A DNA stretch of 64,000 nucleotides from contig CM074522.1 of the NCBI GenBank assembly GCA_037379345.1, positions 434,001 to 498,000 on the forward strand, in the 5' to 3' direction. Below are positions 55,101 through 64,000 of this stretch, one piece after another. Under the pieces are notes generated by a model that made no database searches, was not told the DNA's origin, and saw only the letters and a program-made list of their open reading frames with translations. This stretch comes from Perna viridis. Its lineage: Eukaryota. Within the stretch, counting starts at the first letter, position 1. The number at the start of each line of letters is the position of its first letter. Made by a program: the position numbers and the translations under genes.

Positions 55101-57479
55101 AGTAAGGAAAACAATAGGCTCTTATGTCAAATCACCTATATTATTATTAATGTTTAAATATACATGTAAACCAAAATAAGCTTGTACTCAACTAATTATA
55201 ATATTTTTGTATTGTTAGCATTGTAAGTTTGCTTTGCACATGTATACAGATCAACTTGAAATGTACAAAAGGAGATAACTGTGAGGGTTAACTGTTTATT
55301 ATAGGTCTCAGTATTGTATTAATTTTCCCATAGACTTCTATAGTGAAGTGCATACTTAGGATTTAAAAAAAAATACGTAAATTGATTCAATAAAACTTAT
55401 GTAGCATTTCCAAGGATGTGTGAACAAATATTTTCCCACAAGGAAAATAGGGTCCACAAAGATCAGACAGAAAAGTAGTCTTGAACTATAAATAGCCATT
55501 TTTCCTACTTTCACTTCCGTTTTGCACTCACCAAACCAACCTTTTCAGTGGAATTATGTTTGATTTTCTTTTAAAAAAGTTCTTCATCTTACAGTGTGAT
55601 ATTTGCTCTATTTTATAAGTCATTGTTCATATCTTTTGACAAAACATTAGTTTGTAGAGGCAAAAAGAAAATGCATTATATTTTCATAGCATCCATGTTT
55701 TGACGTACACCTACTCTTTTACAAAGAAAAAGATACTTATTGAATACAATAATTTTATTTTTTTTTCAGTTTATAGACAACCAAAACATTAAAGATTTAA
55801 ATCTGCACAGAATGAGGTCATTTATCAGTGTAGTCAGTCAGGAACCAGTTCTATTTAACTGTAGTATCCATGACAACATAGCATATGGCTTGGAAGAAAG
55901 ACCTGGAATGGATGAAGTTATTCAGGCTGCCAGGAATGCCAATATACATGAGTTTATAACAAGTCAACCTCAGGTTCCTACACTTTTATTTTTAAATAGA
56001 TTTGATGGTGCAGGTTATCGTTTCACAAAGCTTATGTTGAAGGTTTATATGCACGTAAGTCCTATCAGTTTATTAAGAATTTAAGTGTTACATAAGTCTC
56101 ACAAGTGCTTTGTGAAATGATGCCCGGCACCATACATGTAAATCCTTTACAAACCAATGGAACTTACATGCACATAAGCCTTACCTAGGCTTTGTTAATG
56201 AATGCCCAGCTTCAGTAATCTTAGACACTTACCCTACCGGTGCACCTGGTCCATGCTTCCAGTTTTAAGTGGAGTTCAAGTTGCTCATTTGTTTTTGTTA
56301 CTTTGTATGTATGATTTTAGTTATCCTGTGTTCTTTGTTGTGTATGTCTGTTTTGCATGTCTGGTCTTTGTCCCTGGATTGCATTCTTTTGATTACTGCT
56401 ATAACCTTGGTTCCCTTGATTATGCTTACATAAAAGAAACATTAAATGGATATCAGAAACTATTTTGTGCCTAATAATCATTGTGATTGTAGTAAATTTG
56501 AGCTAAATATGATTTTTGTCAAATGTGATGTTATTTTGTCGAGAAACGTTTCACAATTTTACCTGTATTGCCTAAGGAGACAGTTATTCTTAGAATCAGA
56601 TATGTATGTCTGTCCTTCACACTTAGGATTAAATGTTTGAACACATTAAAGATGTGTATCTTAACTTTAAGTGTTTTTATCATAGAATAATATTAGATTT
56701 ATCATATCTTGACCTTTTTTTGTCACATTTGTGTATGTAAGGTACTTTAAAAAGTATATAGTACAAAACATGTATATTGCTGGAAAATATCAGTTATTTT
56801 TGTGTGAGTTTTAGAAACAGGTCAGAGTTTGGCAATAGTTCCCCACTTTTAGGTGTCTTTACAGTATTCATTTGATGATATTTTCTAGGGTTATGAAACT
56901 GTGGTAGGTGAGAAGGGGACACAACTCTCTGGAGGTCAGAAACAACGTGTAGCCATAGCAAGAGCTTTGATCAGAAATCCTAAAATTCTTTTGTTAGATG
57001 AAGCAACATCAGCTTTGGACACTGAAAGTGAAAAGGTAATAATTACATTAAATTTATCTTTTAATTAGTAAAATATTGATATAGTGATGCAAAGTGATAT
57101 AAGTCAGCAACCATGTAGATAACTGTTGTACTGTCAATTCATAGATTTACTAATATTACTAACTGTCCTTTAACAAAGTCTGCTGTAGATTCAGATTTTT
57201 AAAGACAGATCCAATACATGGAGCTAGTTTAACCATTCTTAACACAAGAAATATTCATTGTCCTATTATCTATTGCAGTTAGTACAAGAGGCATTGGACA
57301 AGGCCCAGGAAGGAAGGACTTGTATTGTTATAGCTCATCGTCTGTCTACCATACAGAACGCTGATGTTATATTTGTAATGGACATGGGAGTTATTGTAGA
57401 AAGTGGGACACACCAGTCATTGTTAGCTAAAAAAGGAGTATATCATTCCTTAGTTAGTGCCCAACAATTTATAAAATAG
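640..57479 (+). CDS. ABCB1: ABCB1/P-glycoprotein-like full ABC transporter, multi-exon gene, 5'-incomplete in this window (23 exons, about 1116 aa traced)
   Basis: Spliced translation gives TMD1-NBD1-linker-TMD2-NBD2. Walker A GSSGCGKS and GQSGCGKS, Q-loop VSQEP x2, signature [15 protein letters not shown] x2, Walker B/D-loop [11 protein letters not shown] x2, H-loop IAHRLST x2. All introns GT-AG and phase-consistent; stop TAG at 57477-57479. Orthology within the ABCB1/4/5 group not tested. Confidence 0.95.
960..1262 (+). repeat. Diverged ~63-bp tandem repeat x5 made of the acceptor plus 5' end of exon w2
   Basis: YAG ends at 973, 1037, 1100, 1163 and 1225, each followed by a version of ttgat...gagcaggcc. 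Confidence 0.85.
1226..1350 (+). CDS. ABCB1: ABCB1 exon w2 ([42 protein letters not shown])
   Basis: tttacag / gtaatg; AG-x-VAEEV-x3-RTV motif. Confidence 0.93.
3187..3303 (+). CDS. ABCB1: ABCB1 exon w3 ([39 protein letters not shown])
   Basis: tttcag / gtaaga; GIKK and YALAFW motifs. Confidence 0.92.
3254..3622 (+). repeat. 60-bp tandem repeat x6 made of the 3' end plus donor of exon w3
   Basis: gcattctg|gtaa with GT at 3304, 3364, 3424, 3484, 3544, 3604. Confidence 0.95.
4421..4496 (+). CDS. ABCB1: ABCB1 exon w4 ([25 protein letters not shown])
   Basis: ctttag / gtaagt; completes FWYG; phase fits both neighbours. Confidence 0.9.
4551..4750. repeat. 51-bp minisatellite x4
   Basis: atgagatgatgagccatgatgaactgtaatgtgacctcaacctttaacacc. 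Confidence 0.9.
4845..5835 (-). mobile_element. 5'-truncated, frameshifted non-LTR retrotransposon (LINE) 3' end
   Basis: Minus-strand motifs [36 protein letters not shown], and [15 protein letters not shown]...ERLCKVC...[10 protein letters not shown] (post-RT region with C-terminal CCHC); ends in AATAAA plus a (TAAA)n tail at about 4845-4876. Confidence 0.85.
6443..6556 (+). CDS. ABCB1: ABCB1 exon w5 ([38 protein letters not shown])
   Basis: cttttag / gtaaag; TM6-type sequence. Confidence 0.93.
7066..7176 (+). CDS. ABCB1: ABCB1 exon w6 ([37 protein letters not shown])
   Basis: ttacag / gtaata; A-loop FTYPTR. Confidence 0.93.
7117..7635 (+). repeat. Old diverged tandem copies (about 5) of the exon w6 3' end plus donor, interrupted by a MITE
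   Basis: cttgatttctatg..gtagactttacat...cag|gtaa recurs near 7190, 7265, 7345 and 7572. Confidence 0.8.
7403..7551. mobile_element. ~150-bp MITE with ~28-bp imperfect TIRs and CAG target duplication; related copies at about 2416-2569 and 54824-54979
   Basis: gcccaagcaccacataatttgaaaaa versus reverse complement of the right end gccccagcaccgcaaaatgtgaaaaa; cag on both sides; shared core tgatgtcacaaacag..gaattttctc.gact.aagtaattttt. Confidence 0.8.
7842..7967 (+). CDS. ABCB1: ABCB1 exon w7, NBD1 Walker A ([42 protein letters not shown])
   Basis: tgtag / gtaata; Walker A. Confidence 0.96.
8612..8815 (+). CDS. ABCB1: ABCB1 exon w8, NBD1 Q-loop ([27 protein letters not shown]...[12 protein letters not shown])
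   Basis: ttttag / gtacat; within ORF 8618-8986. Confidence 0.96.
9512..9625 (-). mobile_element. Second copy of the same SINE, inverted and 5'-truncated
   Basis: Reverse complement gtgcaggcagtgttgccatagatgtcacagcggtatgagtccgagtcccgcggaggga matches 9944-10001. Confidence 0.75.
9911..10012 (+). mobile_element. tRNA-derived SINE (head region)
   Basis: Pol III A box tggccgagtgg (9915-9925) and B box gagttcgagtccc (9980-9992). Confidence 0.7.
10118..10197. repeat. (AAT/GAT)n microsatellite
   Basis: Directly visible. Confidence 0.9.
10469..10639 (+). CDS. ABCB1: ABCB1 exon w9, NBD1 signature and Walker B
   Basis: tttcag / gtagga; [20 protein letters not shown]...[24 protein letters not shown]. 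Confidence 0.97.
10913..11102 (+). CDS. ABCB1: ABCB1 exon w10, NBD1 H-loop ([21 protein letters not shown]...[19 protein letters not shown])
   Basis: ttttag / gtaaga. Confidence 0.95.
12194..12387 (+). CDS. ABCB1: ABCB1 exon w11, linker ([10 protein letters not shown]...RRRLRSTSS...[11 protein letters not shown]...EEPEE)
   Basis: ggacag / gtaatt; open frame, phase 1 in and phase 0 out as required; charged, Ser-rich linker composition. Confidence 0.85.
12660..14626. repeat. 49-50-bp minisatellite, about 40 copies
   Basis: tcacagaacaattcagaccttctacatacatatgaaatgcctttccct(g)a. Confidence 0.97.
14693..15633 (+). mobile_element. Helentron-associated (HINE/DINE-1-like) non-autonomous element
   Basis: Subterminal inverted repeat atacaacc (14698) / ggttgtat (15603); (GTCATC)n microsatellite near the 5' end; 3' hairpin gctttgc-tca-gcaaagc (15614-15630); T-runs at both ends. 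Related pieces at about 51240-51325, 60730-60795 and, inverted, 62620-62740. Confidence 0.7.
15763..15909 (+). CDS. ABCB1: ABCB1 exon w12 ([26 protein letters not shown]...[12 protein letters not shown])
   Basis: tttcag / gtaggt; NKPEW motif at the start of TMD2. Confidence 0.93.
15902..15966 (+). repeat. 23-bp repeat x3 containing the exon w12 donor
   Basis: tgatcaag|gtaggtat, tgatcaaggaaggtat, tgatcaag|gtaggtat. Confidence 0.75.
16300..16538 (+). mobile_element. Interspersed repeat (class unassigned); other copies at 56228-56425 (+) and 54675-55053 (-, split by a MITE)
   Basis: Shared cttaccctac.ggtgcacctggtccatgct...ggagt.caagttgctcatt...ataaccttggttcccttg. Confidence 0.8.
16569..16658 (+). 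CDS. ABCB1: ABCB1 exon w13 ([30 protein letters not shown])
   Basis: ttgcag / gtaagt; TM8-like hydrophobic segment. Confidence 0.9.
17740..17901 (+). CDS. ABCB1: ABCB1 exon w14 ([16 protein letters not shown]...RQDVAFFDD...[17 protein letters not shown])
   Basis: ttctag / gtgagt; conserved P-gp motifs. Confidence 0.95.
18385..21812 (+). repeat. ~75-bp tandem array, about 46 units, each a 3' splice site plus the first ~37 nt of exon w15
   Basis: gcttgatttagtttttttctccctacag|gccactggtatgaggatagggacagtattccaagctttgtctgcct; units counted by eye. Confidence 0.97.
21777..21909 (+). CDS. ABCB1: ABCB1 exon w15 ([44 protein letters not shown])
   Basis: Acceptor is the last unit of the 75-bp array; only this copy continues into coding sequence; gtaatt donor. 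Confidence 0.92.
22373..22443 (+). CDS. ABCB1: ABCB1 exon w16 ([24 protein letters not shown])
   Basis: caacag / gtaaag; LE-x-AGK motif; phase fits. Confidence 0.9.
22420..22670 (+). repeat. ~53-bp repeat x5 containing the exon w16 3' end plus donor
   Basis: gataaactagaggatgctggaaag|gtaaaggtcatg...tctcaccatga; decays distally. Confidence 0.88.
23232..23449. mobile_element. MITE with inverted repeats; diverged relative at about 29545-29760
   Basis: tcgtggggtaccaatttttgtgg (23262) / ccacgaaaattggtatccacga (23406); right end cacagta. Confidence 0.6.
23566..24531. repeat. 57-bp minisatellite, about 17 copies
   Basis: gacaaatcaaaggatctccctgggatctacatggacagttccttttgtgaatacaat. Confidence 0.96.
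24646..24746 (+). CDS. ABCB1: ABCB1 exon w17 ([34 protein letters not shown])
   Basis: tttcag / gtatgg; IENIRTV motif. Confidence 0.92.
24708..25240 (+). repeat. 45-bp tandem repeat, about 12 units, derived from the exon w17 3' end plus donor
   Basis: Exon end ttataaagaatattct...ggcccactcag|gtatgg versus unit ttataaagggaattct...ggtccatttag|gtattg. Confidence 0.88.
25260..26030. repeat. ~17-bp satellite (tccaaacacctgtctaa, about 40 units) closed by an inverted terminal copy
   Basis: Array followed by ggtgtttggtttagacaggtttcacagta (26001-26029). Confidence 0.85.
26207..26347 (+). CDS. ABCB1: ABCB1 exon w18 ([35 protein letters not shown]...DNVFK)
   Basis: ttctag / gtaagt; YA-x2-FRFGA motif. 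Confidence 0.94.
27229..27410. repeat. ~36-bp minisatellite x5
   Basis: ttttttgactattgactaggtaactttataactcc. Confidence 0.88.
27619..27624 (-). terminator. Candidate poly(A) signal of the nested CARD gene (implies a 3' UTR of about 2.2 kb)
   Basis: AATAAA on the minus strand followed about 20 nt later by GU-rich tattgttgtttttt. Confidence 0.4.
29780..30963 (-). CDS. Nested antisense gene, coding exon 2: disordered linker plus C-terminal TRADD-N-like domain (spliced protein 488 aa)
   Basis: Non-repetitive 392-codon ORF; acceptor ttgcag ends at 30964; phase 1 joins exon 1 in frame (YGKG|YLEKQ). Coding status is strong; the domain call is by motif recall only. Confidence 0.85.
31361..31643 (-). 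CDS. Nested antisense gene, coding exon 1: CARD domain
   Basis: gccATG at 31643 with in-frame upstream TGA; exon acceptor ttcag ends at 31716; donor AAAG|gtcagt at 31360. Sequence [25 protein letters not shown]...[39 protein letters not shown] follows the six-helix CARD pattern. Confidence 0.85.
33065..34360. repeat. ~55-bp minisatellite, about 24 copies
   Basis: acaagcacctgttacatgtacttgtaagacccagtattaccctagtggtaggggt. Confidence 0.95.
34815..34962. repeat. ~34-bp minisatellite x4
   Basis: gacagtctatggtgaaaccatggaactta... Confidence 0.85.
36390..36720. repeat. ~130-bp tandem repeat, about 2.5-3 units
   Basis: gaaattgataactacatgtaactccta...ctagactgtt.acata.atttttggagggtggc. Confidence 0.8.
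42692..42966. repeat. 34-bp minisatellite x8
   Basis: atgtgtactgtgatgtaaggtttcagtcctttag. Confidence 0.92.
44360..44561. mobile_element. MITE with perfect 15-bp TIRs and a 5-bp flanking duplication TAATT
   Basis: cagtggcggatccag ... ctggatccgccactg; taatt on both sides. Confidence 0.85.
46624..46730. repeat. ~30-bp minisatellite, 3-4 units
   Basis: tgttccatgataaagcagagtcctcacggt. Confidence 0.85.
49488..49910 (+). mobile_element. HINE-like interspersed repeat; related copy at about 2722-3020
   Basis: 5' hairpin ataccaccctc-aacaa-gagggtggtat; (tgtc)n-like tract; shared internal tcaaattt...atatcaacttc.tgttttttt. Confidence 0.6.
51851..52067. mobile_element. Non-autonomous DNA element with ~42-bp inverted repeats starting at TTAA (Kolobok-like)
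   Basis: aaggaggtagacctagggtaagggacataactc / gagttatgttccttaccctaggtctacctcctt; the right flank is not a perfect TTAA. Confidence 0.7.
52435..52810. repeat. ~34-bp satellite, about 10 units, related to the 25260-26030 element
   Basis: cagggtttggtttagacaggttttctgattatt; preceded by inverted acctgtgtaaaccaaac. Confidence 0.82.
53396..53552 (+). CDS. ABCB1: ABCB1 exon w19 ([33 protein letters not shown]...[13 protein letters not shown])
   Basis: tttcag / gtaagt; TM12; phase 2 matches exon w18 across the 27-kb intron. Confidence 0.94.
53514..54170 (+). repeat. 61-bp tandem repeat (about 10 units) containing the exon w19 3' end plus donor
   Basis: ctccaatagagggacatatctg|gtaagt with GT at 53553, 53614, ... 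54041 (9 intact donors). Confidence 0.96.
54391..54588 (+). CDS. ABCB1: ABCB1 exon w20, NBD2 Walker A
   Basis: tttcag / gtaagt; [14 protein letters not shown]...[16 protein letters not shown]...QRFYDP. Confidence 0.96.
55770..55973 (+). CDS. ABCB1: ABCB1 exon w21, NBD2 Q-loop
   Basis: tttcag / gttcct (weak donor); [20 protein letters not shown]...[12 protein letters not shown]. Confidence 0.93.
56013..56125. mobile_element. ~110-bp MITE
   Basis: ggttatcgtttcacaaagc / gctttgtgaaatgatgccc imperfect TIRs. Confidence 0.65.
56889..57035 (+). CDS. ABCB1: ABCB1 exon w22, NBD2 signature and Walker B
   Basis: ttctag / gtaata; [49 protein letters not shown]. Confidence 0.97.
57279..57479 (+). CDS. 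ABCB1: ABCB1 terminal coding exon w23
   Basis: ttgcag acceptor; [29 protein letters not shown]...AQQFIK*. Confidence 0.96.
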   Translation, partial: LVQEALDKAQEGRTCIVIAHRLSTIQNADVIFVMDMGVIVESGTHQSLLAKKGVYHSLVSAQQFIK

Positions 57480-57560
57480 TACACAGTTTTATGTAGGATT
57501 TTTAAAATTGTTGTACTTTATATATATTTATGACAATGTATTATTGCCGGTAGTTTTTTT

Positions 57561-57566
57561 AATAAA
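57561..57566 (+). terminator. Candidate polyadenylation signal for ABCB1 (another AATAAA at 59014-59019)
   Basis: AATAAA about 80 nt after the stop; weak evidence in AT-rich DNA. Confidence 0.45.
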
Positions 57567-60500
57567 GATTTTGTTAAATTGTGATAAGGGCTGTTCCAGT
57601 AAAGTGTATATGGGATCAGGGAACACACTTTTAATCTTTGTATTCACATGAATTATAATTTACCATTTGGTTGTGTATAGTGGAAAATAATTTTGGAGTT
57701 ATTGCCCTTTTCCCATTCAGAAATTTTGTGGTTTAATTTTGTTGATAACTTTATGATTGATTACTTAATTGTGTGAAAACATATAGAATGAAATTGCATG
57801 ATTATTTGTCATTATATGAACAAATGCCAAATGTCTTTTTCCCTTTGTAAGTCAAGCTTTTTAGGGGAAAGATGATTTATTTTCAATAACTGTATGATAA
57901 ATGTTCCCAGTTCAAGTGCTTTACATTTATTTTCATGACTTCATCTTTTTTTATGGTAATTGTTCAGTATTCCATTAGATTTTAAATCTCTGTACAGTTG
58001 ATTTTATTTTTTGTCAAAATGTTTCATTGGCTGGAAATTTTGTGGCATTATAGAAAACATACATGTAATTTGAAAGCCAGAGTTCAAATTTCTTTTTACG
58101 TAAAATGTATATAATTCTGTTATTAATTTTACATGGTCATGCATTTGCTTGCTGGGTCAAGTTAGTCTTCGGTAAAAAACATACCTGTTAACCTTTCGAA
58201 TGCTCAAAGAATGAGATCTCCCTTTTTTCAGCTTTTCTAAGAAGGAGATTAAGTGTGACAACTTTTTTCACAACAAAAAAGGGTAATTGTGCTAGAACTT
58301 AAATGTACATAGATATATAATCTATGATAATCTTGTTAACCTACTAAGGGTTTCTAATCCAAATTTGAGTTATTAGTAAAACAAAAGGATAAATTACTTG
58401 TTGATTGTTTCTCAATGATTATTATACTACATACACATTGTATTTATATCAAATTAATAAGCCATTTAGAACATAAATTGTGCAATATTTCTTCTAAGAG
58501 GGAGATTTGAGGGGGAGGGGATTTGTGATTTAGCGAGATTGGTGTATCCCACATGGGAGACTTTCTCAAAGAGGGAGATTGACCAAAAAAGAGGGAGGGT
58601 TAACAGGTATGTAAAATTATCCATGGTGCTTAATTTCTTTGTGTAAAGGACATTTGAATCATTAATTAATCTCCATTGAAAAATTCTCATACATTGTACT
58701 GGAAATTATTCTAGTATCAATATTTAAAGAGATATGTTTTAAACATGATTTTATTTCAATCTGGAATTACTTTGGATTTAAGAAAAAAAAATTACCCATA
58801 CTAAGAGGGTAGGCATGCCTTCATGATTAAGGGGTACTTTTCCTTACTTTCTGTTACCTACTTAACCAAACCCCATCTCCATGCAGGCATTACTAACCCT
58901 CTTAGTAACAGTTAGTTTGACAAATTATTTTATCATTTTCTAAATTCAGACATTACCTTGTTTAATCGTTGTATTTTAAAAATATGTTGTATTTTTGCTT
59001 TCATATTTTGATAAATAAAGATCATTTGAATATGTGTTCCACTACTGTGTTAGCAAGGACTGTATTACCTGTATAAACCTGCATCTATTAAGCCGAAGTA
59101 AGCAGGGGTATTTTGAATGTTTAGTTCTATTAAATTATCTCCCCATTTATGATTTATCAGAACAACTGAATGTGCATGATTTATAGAATTCAGCTGGTGA
59201 ACTGAGAACCTAGTGTCCTACAGAGAGGTATCATTTTTGGGGGGTTATTGATCCTCCAGGATCAAAATGTCACAGGACCATCACTGGAAATATTTCTGAA
59301 CACTACACAAAAATATAGTCCCAATGTCCTTTTTTATAACCAGGAAATATGTTTCTTGCAAATATTCATTTCAATAATATTGTATTATTTTTTCAAATAA
59401 AATCTAATTTTTAAATCAACTGAAGATTTGAGGGACACCTTTTTGGCCTTGAAAGACATTTAGTGATTTATTTACATTTGACAAATTTATTTCTTGCAGT
59501 AATGTGTCAAGAAGCATAAAATGTGTTAAACATGTTCCATTTAACACACTTACCAGTCAAATTCTCATCCTATCAGTAATATTTTACCATTAATAAACAG
59601 GAAGTGAAGAGCAGTGATTTTAACCAAGTAAAATTAGCAGGAAAATTCAAATTGATAAAGGTGTCTAGTTTTTGAAAATCTTGTGTTAATCAAGGAAATT
59701 ATTTTCTTAAGCTGAATTGGTTTTATTGGAGTATAGGCTAAAAACCACTAATTCCACTTTCCATAGGCTTCTATGCTAATTTCACAATATTCAATGGCTT
59801 CTCTGGACTTTACCTTAACTTTAACCTGCAGAGGACTATATATCAGCATGATTCTACATATGTCAGCTCACAATCCTCAGAATGGCATGTGGGGTTAGCA
59901 GACTTGCAGTGCAGTACTGGTCACTGGAAGTGAAGGGTCTATAAATAGCATGGGAAATCCCAGTGTTTTCACAAGATAGGGGTATATTTAAAAATCATTA
60001 TGGAGATTAGGCTTCACATCACAAGAAGCAAAATGCACCTATAAAATGTACAGAAATGTTTTTCCTTTCAGAAACTGTTTAAAGTTTTTAAATAAGATGA
60101 GAACTTTTTTCACAGCACTATGAGGAACAGGGGTAATTTCTGCGTAGGACTATTTTTGCGTACGTTCCAAATGCTCATTGGTTGAATTGGTGGTCTGTAA
60201 CCTATAATTACAGTGTAAGATAATACTCTGTCAATATGGGTTTTTGAATGTTAATGCACATTAACTTTTGGACAGGTTTAAAAATTTGGGAGAAATGGTG
60301 AAATGGAACAAAATTTGTAAATGTGTGTGAAGTTGGATGAGTAGTATGGATTGTCATTCAGTTTATACATATTAAGATAAACAGTTCTTGATAATATTTA
60401 AAATGTTAATGAATGATTACAATTTTATTGAAAATCATGTAATCTTTGAAACTTTGTTCATGCTACAATTTTCACAAGAATCAAAAACCTTCAGTGCTAT

Positions 60501-61049
60501 CAGCACTTTGATTTATGAAATTGTACCACAACGAGTCATACAACAAAGGAAGGCTTCAAGGCTACAGGGATTTGTGACTTGAACCATTCAGGAAAAAGGG
60601 TCCAGAAGGGAACAACAACAAACTGTTTAGGAATTATGGAATTTATGGTAAAAAAGGAGCCATTAGGATTCTAGTAAAATTCTTATACTGTGTCAAATGT
60701 TTAATCCCAGTTTCAATTCAGAGCTGTATCAAGCTTGTGGATAGTTGCAACAACTGTTCAGGGTTCAAACTCTGCAGTCATATCATGCAGTGAAACATCA
60801 TTTTTGCTATTAGATCTAACAAGTCAATCATTTATCCTTAGAAAGTGGAGATAACATTGGTCATGCATGTCAAGTACCGGTGTTCTATAAATATATACAA
60901 ATTCAACCACAGGCATTTACGGTCAGGAAGTATTTTTCCTGTTATCAAAAACAAAGTGTTTAAAATAGGACACATAATGTGAACTATTTTACACCTTACT
61001 AAATACTGTCCTAATATAAAAACACAAGCATAAAGATAACATGCCACTG

Positions 61050-61580
61050 TAGACAGACTGGTAGATTGATAGAAAGACCATCTCTATAAACTGACAGATT
61101 GTGGACACTGATGGATGGAAAAATATACCAAACCTTAAACTGACAGATAATGGACACTGATGGATTGATAGACCATCTCAATAAACTGGCAGATCGCGGA
61201 CACTGATGGATTGATGGACCATCTCTATAAACTGACAGATTGTGGACACTGATGGATGTAAAGATAGACCATCTCTTTTAATTGACAGTTTGTAGACAAA
61301 CTGATGGATGGATGGACCATCTCTATAAACTAGCAGATTGTGGCAAGACTGGTGGATAAATAGACAGACCATCTTTATAAACTGACAGATTGTGGCAAGA
61401 CTGGTGGATGGATAGACAGACCATCTCCATAAACTGACAGATTGTGGACACTGATGTATGGATAGACCAGCTCTAAATAGACAGATAGACCATTTCTATA
61501 AACTGACAGACTGATGGATGGATGAATATACTATCTCTATTAACTCACAGATTGTGGACAGAATTTCTATAAACTGAAAG
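61050..61580. repeat. Degenerate ~50-60-bp minisatellite
   Basis: gaccatctctataaactgacagattgtggacactgatggatgga repeated about 10 times. Confidence 0.85.
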
Positions 61581-64000
61581 ATTTACAGCCATTAAACCTG
61601 TTCATTTTTCATTTTCAGTTAAAATCTGGAATATGGACAAAGTTGTGTGAGTTTTGTTGATCCATTGGTTTTGTCATATAAACTGTTACCACAGATATTT
61701 CCAACCCAATGCATGTGGTCCCTTTTATTCAAAATTTCAAAGTGACATTGTGGTGATGATAATGCAACTATACACTAAATACCATTTTCCTAGTGCCAGT
61801 TGTACGTTAAAACTGACCTTATTAGAAATCATTATGTTGAGCCCAAAAAGCATTCGTAATTCTCTTCATCTGCGACTTCCACCACAAGAGAGACAATAAT
61901 GAATGAAATATCCATTTGCAAACTTAACTACTAGAAAACCTTCAGTTGATATGACCACAGATGTTGAACCTTGAATAGTTAGGACAAGTATGGAAACACC
62001 ATTAAACTTGATTCAACTTTAAATTTGGATTACGATTAGATATTTGTCACAGGATAAATATTGGACAAGAGTCTAAGTGGTTCCTTTTTTGCCCTTATTC
62101 CTAAATGGTTCTAGTCAAAACCCCAAATCATTCCCAACCTTCTTTTGGGGTGTAGCGCTTTGTAGTTTCTGGCCCCTTACTCTTACTTGGCTTCACTCAC
62201 AACCAAAATATAAACTCCAGTCTTTCTTTACTGCTATGGCACATTGTAGTAAAATTCATATGAGATTTATTCTTTTCTACAAAAATTATTGTTTAAACAT
62301 CAGGAAAATGCCTGTTTAGGCCCTTAATTCCAAAGTTTCAAGTCTTGACACCAAAATCAATCTGGACATCGGGAAAAGCATGCTTTTGACCACTAATTTC
62401 TGGTATGATCAAGTCGTAACCCCCAAAATCAATCACAGTCTGACTATTGTGGTGTAGAATATTGTGAAACAATATCATGGACATGCGTATGCTTTTATTG
62501 AAGTTGTATAGTTAAATTCTATGAAATGCTTGCTTTTAACCCCTAATTCTAAAATTGTTGGAGCCATAACCCCCAAAATCAATACCAACCTTCCTTTTGT
62601 GGTTAAGACCTTTGTTATAAAGTTTCATAGATTAACGAACTAATTTTCAAGTTATCACACAAAAACCAAGTGTCTACAGAAGACGGTGACAGCACCATAC
62701 CATTATAGGACAGCAAATTTTTATAGGGTTGTATAAAAATCAATATGCAATTAACTTCATTACTGAGGTAGAATCTTTGAGAAAAAACTTCCTGTAATTA
62801 TACTGAATCTGATAAAAGATAAACCTTTACAATCAACAGAGATGCGATACAAGGAACAACAGGGAAGTTAATACCAAGTAAACAGGACGTAGATAAATGA
62901 GGAACCATCGTAAGTAGAGACACAGTTAAAGTCGTCCATAAGTAAACAAGAAGTGGATGAGCGAGGAACCTGAAAAGTCATCATTATGTGAAAACAATGT
63001 ATCAAATACCTAAACATTCCCTCCAATAGAACCTGAGAAATTTGTTACAGAAAAGTGTAACAGTCAGATGGACAAGGTGATTTCAATAAAGGAAAGGAGA
63101 AACACAAGTCCTTATGTAAAAGTAATAGATCAAATATCTTGGTATTTCCTCCTATAGAAGCATAGAAATTTGTTACGAAAAGTCTCAGACAGACAGACGA
63201 CAAGGTGATTACAATATAGCCTCCATTCATCAATAATAAACAGTAAAGTAAAAAGTCTAACAGTAAAACACATATTTGTAGAAGTGGAAATCTGCAAATC
63301 CACGAAAAAATTACATCAAACTTAACTTTCCACTCATCAAGTAAATGTATGTGACAACTGAACTACAAGATGAAGCATGCAGATGTTAGAACAGTTAAAC
63401 TGCATAATAGAGCATCCACAAATAAGAAAACTTCATGTTCATACAATTTTTATTACAATGTTATTTCATGTTCTATGAAAGGTACACGAAAATGACATAA
63501 TATTATATATACATAAAATCATTTTTATCATAATTATGCTGTAGCTCGTTAGTATAAACAATCACTCATTATAATAATAAGGCAGTAACAATGTTCTGAG
63601 ACATCATGCATTAACTGATGTACATCAAGGAGGCCATAATAAAAAAATTATTGTTTATCAACCAGTTTTTTTGTATGCAGTATTTGAAAAACTCAAATTA
63701 ATTTAGTATATGACCAGAAGAGATTTACCTACAACCAGATACAATAAACCAGGGTTGGAACTTTTTGCCAATCAAGTATACTTAGCATGTAATAAAATGG
63801 GTGAGTTTTTTGACACTCAGTTGAAAAAAATATCTCACTTTTTAAGATTTCAAACCCTTATATTGTTGTTTTTCAGTCACTCATGAATAAATTCACCCTC
63901 CTATCCACCCACAATATAAAATTATGGATGATAATCCAGAACTTTTGTATTATGGCCTAAATCAATTATATTTTTCTTAAAATATTAAATGCTAAAATCA

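Noticed and set aside
640-57479. ABCB1 as a pseudogene disrupted by repeats
   Set aside because: All 23 exons join in frame with intact catalytic motifs; the arrays extend only into introns.
57480-64000. Further genes downstream of ABCB1
   Set aside because: Only short ORFs without recognisable motifs, plus repeat fragments.

Overview
AT-rich, intron-rich animal genomic DNA; the repeat content resembles a bivalve mollusc, but this is an impression, not an identification. Most of the window is the 3' part of a full-length ABCB1/P-glycoprotein-type ABC transporter gene on the + strand. I traced 23 coding exons (640-57479, 3352 coding nt, about 1116 aa) with GT-AG boundaries, consistent phases and no internal stops; the 5' exons lie upstream of the window. 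Its 27-kb intron (26348-53395) holds a nested antisense gene with two coding exons, encoding a 488-aa protein: N-terminal CARD, disordered linker with a Cys/polybasic patch, and a C-terminal TRADD-N-like domain. At least 8 ABCB1 splice junctions have been tandemly amplified into the adjacent intron. This gives arrays of decoy splice sites (about 46 acceptor units at one exon, 9 identical donors at another), always with the functional copy at the exon-proximal edge; one array is in frame and stop-free. The rest is minisatellites, MITEs, Helentron-associated-like elements, SINE copies and a truncated LINE.
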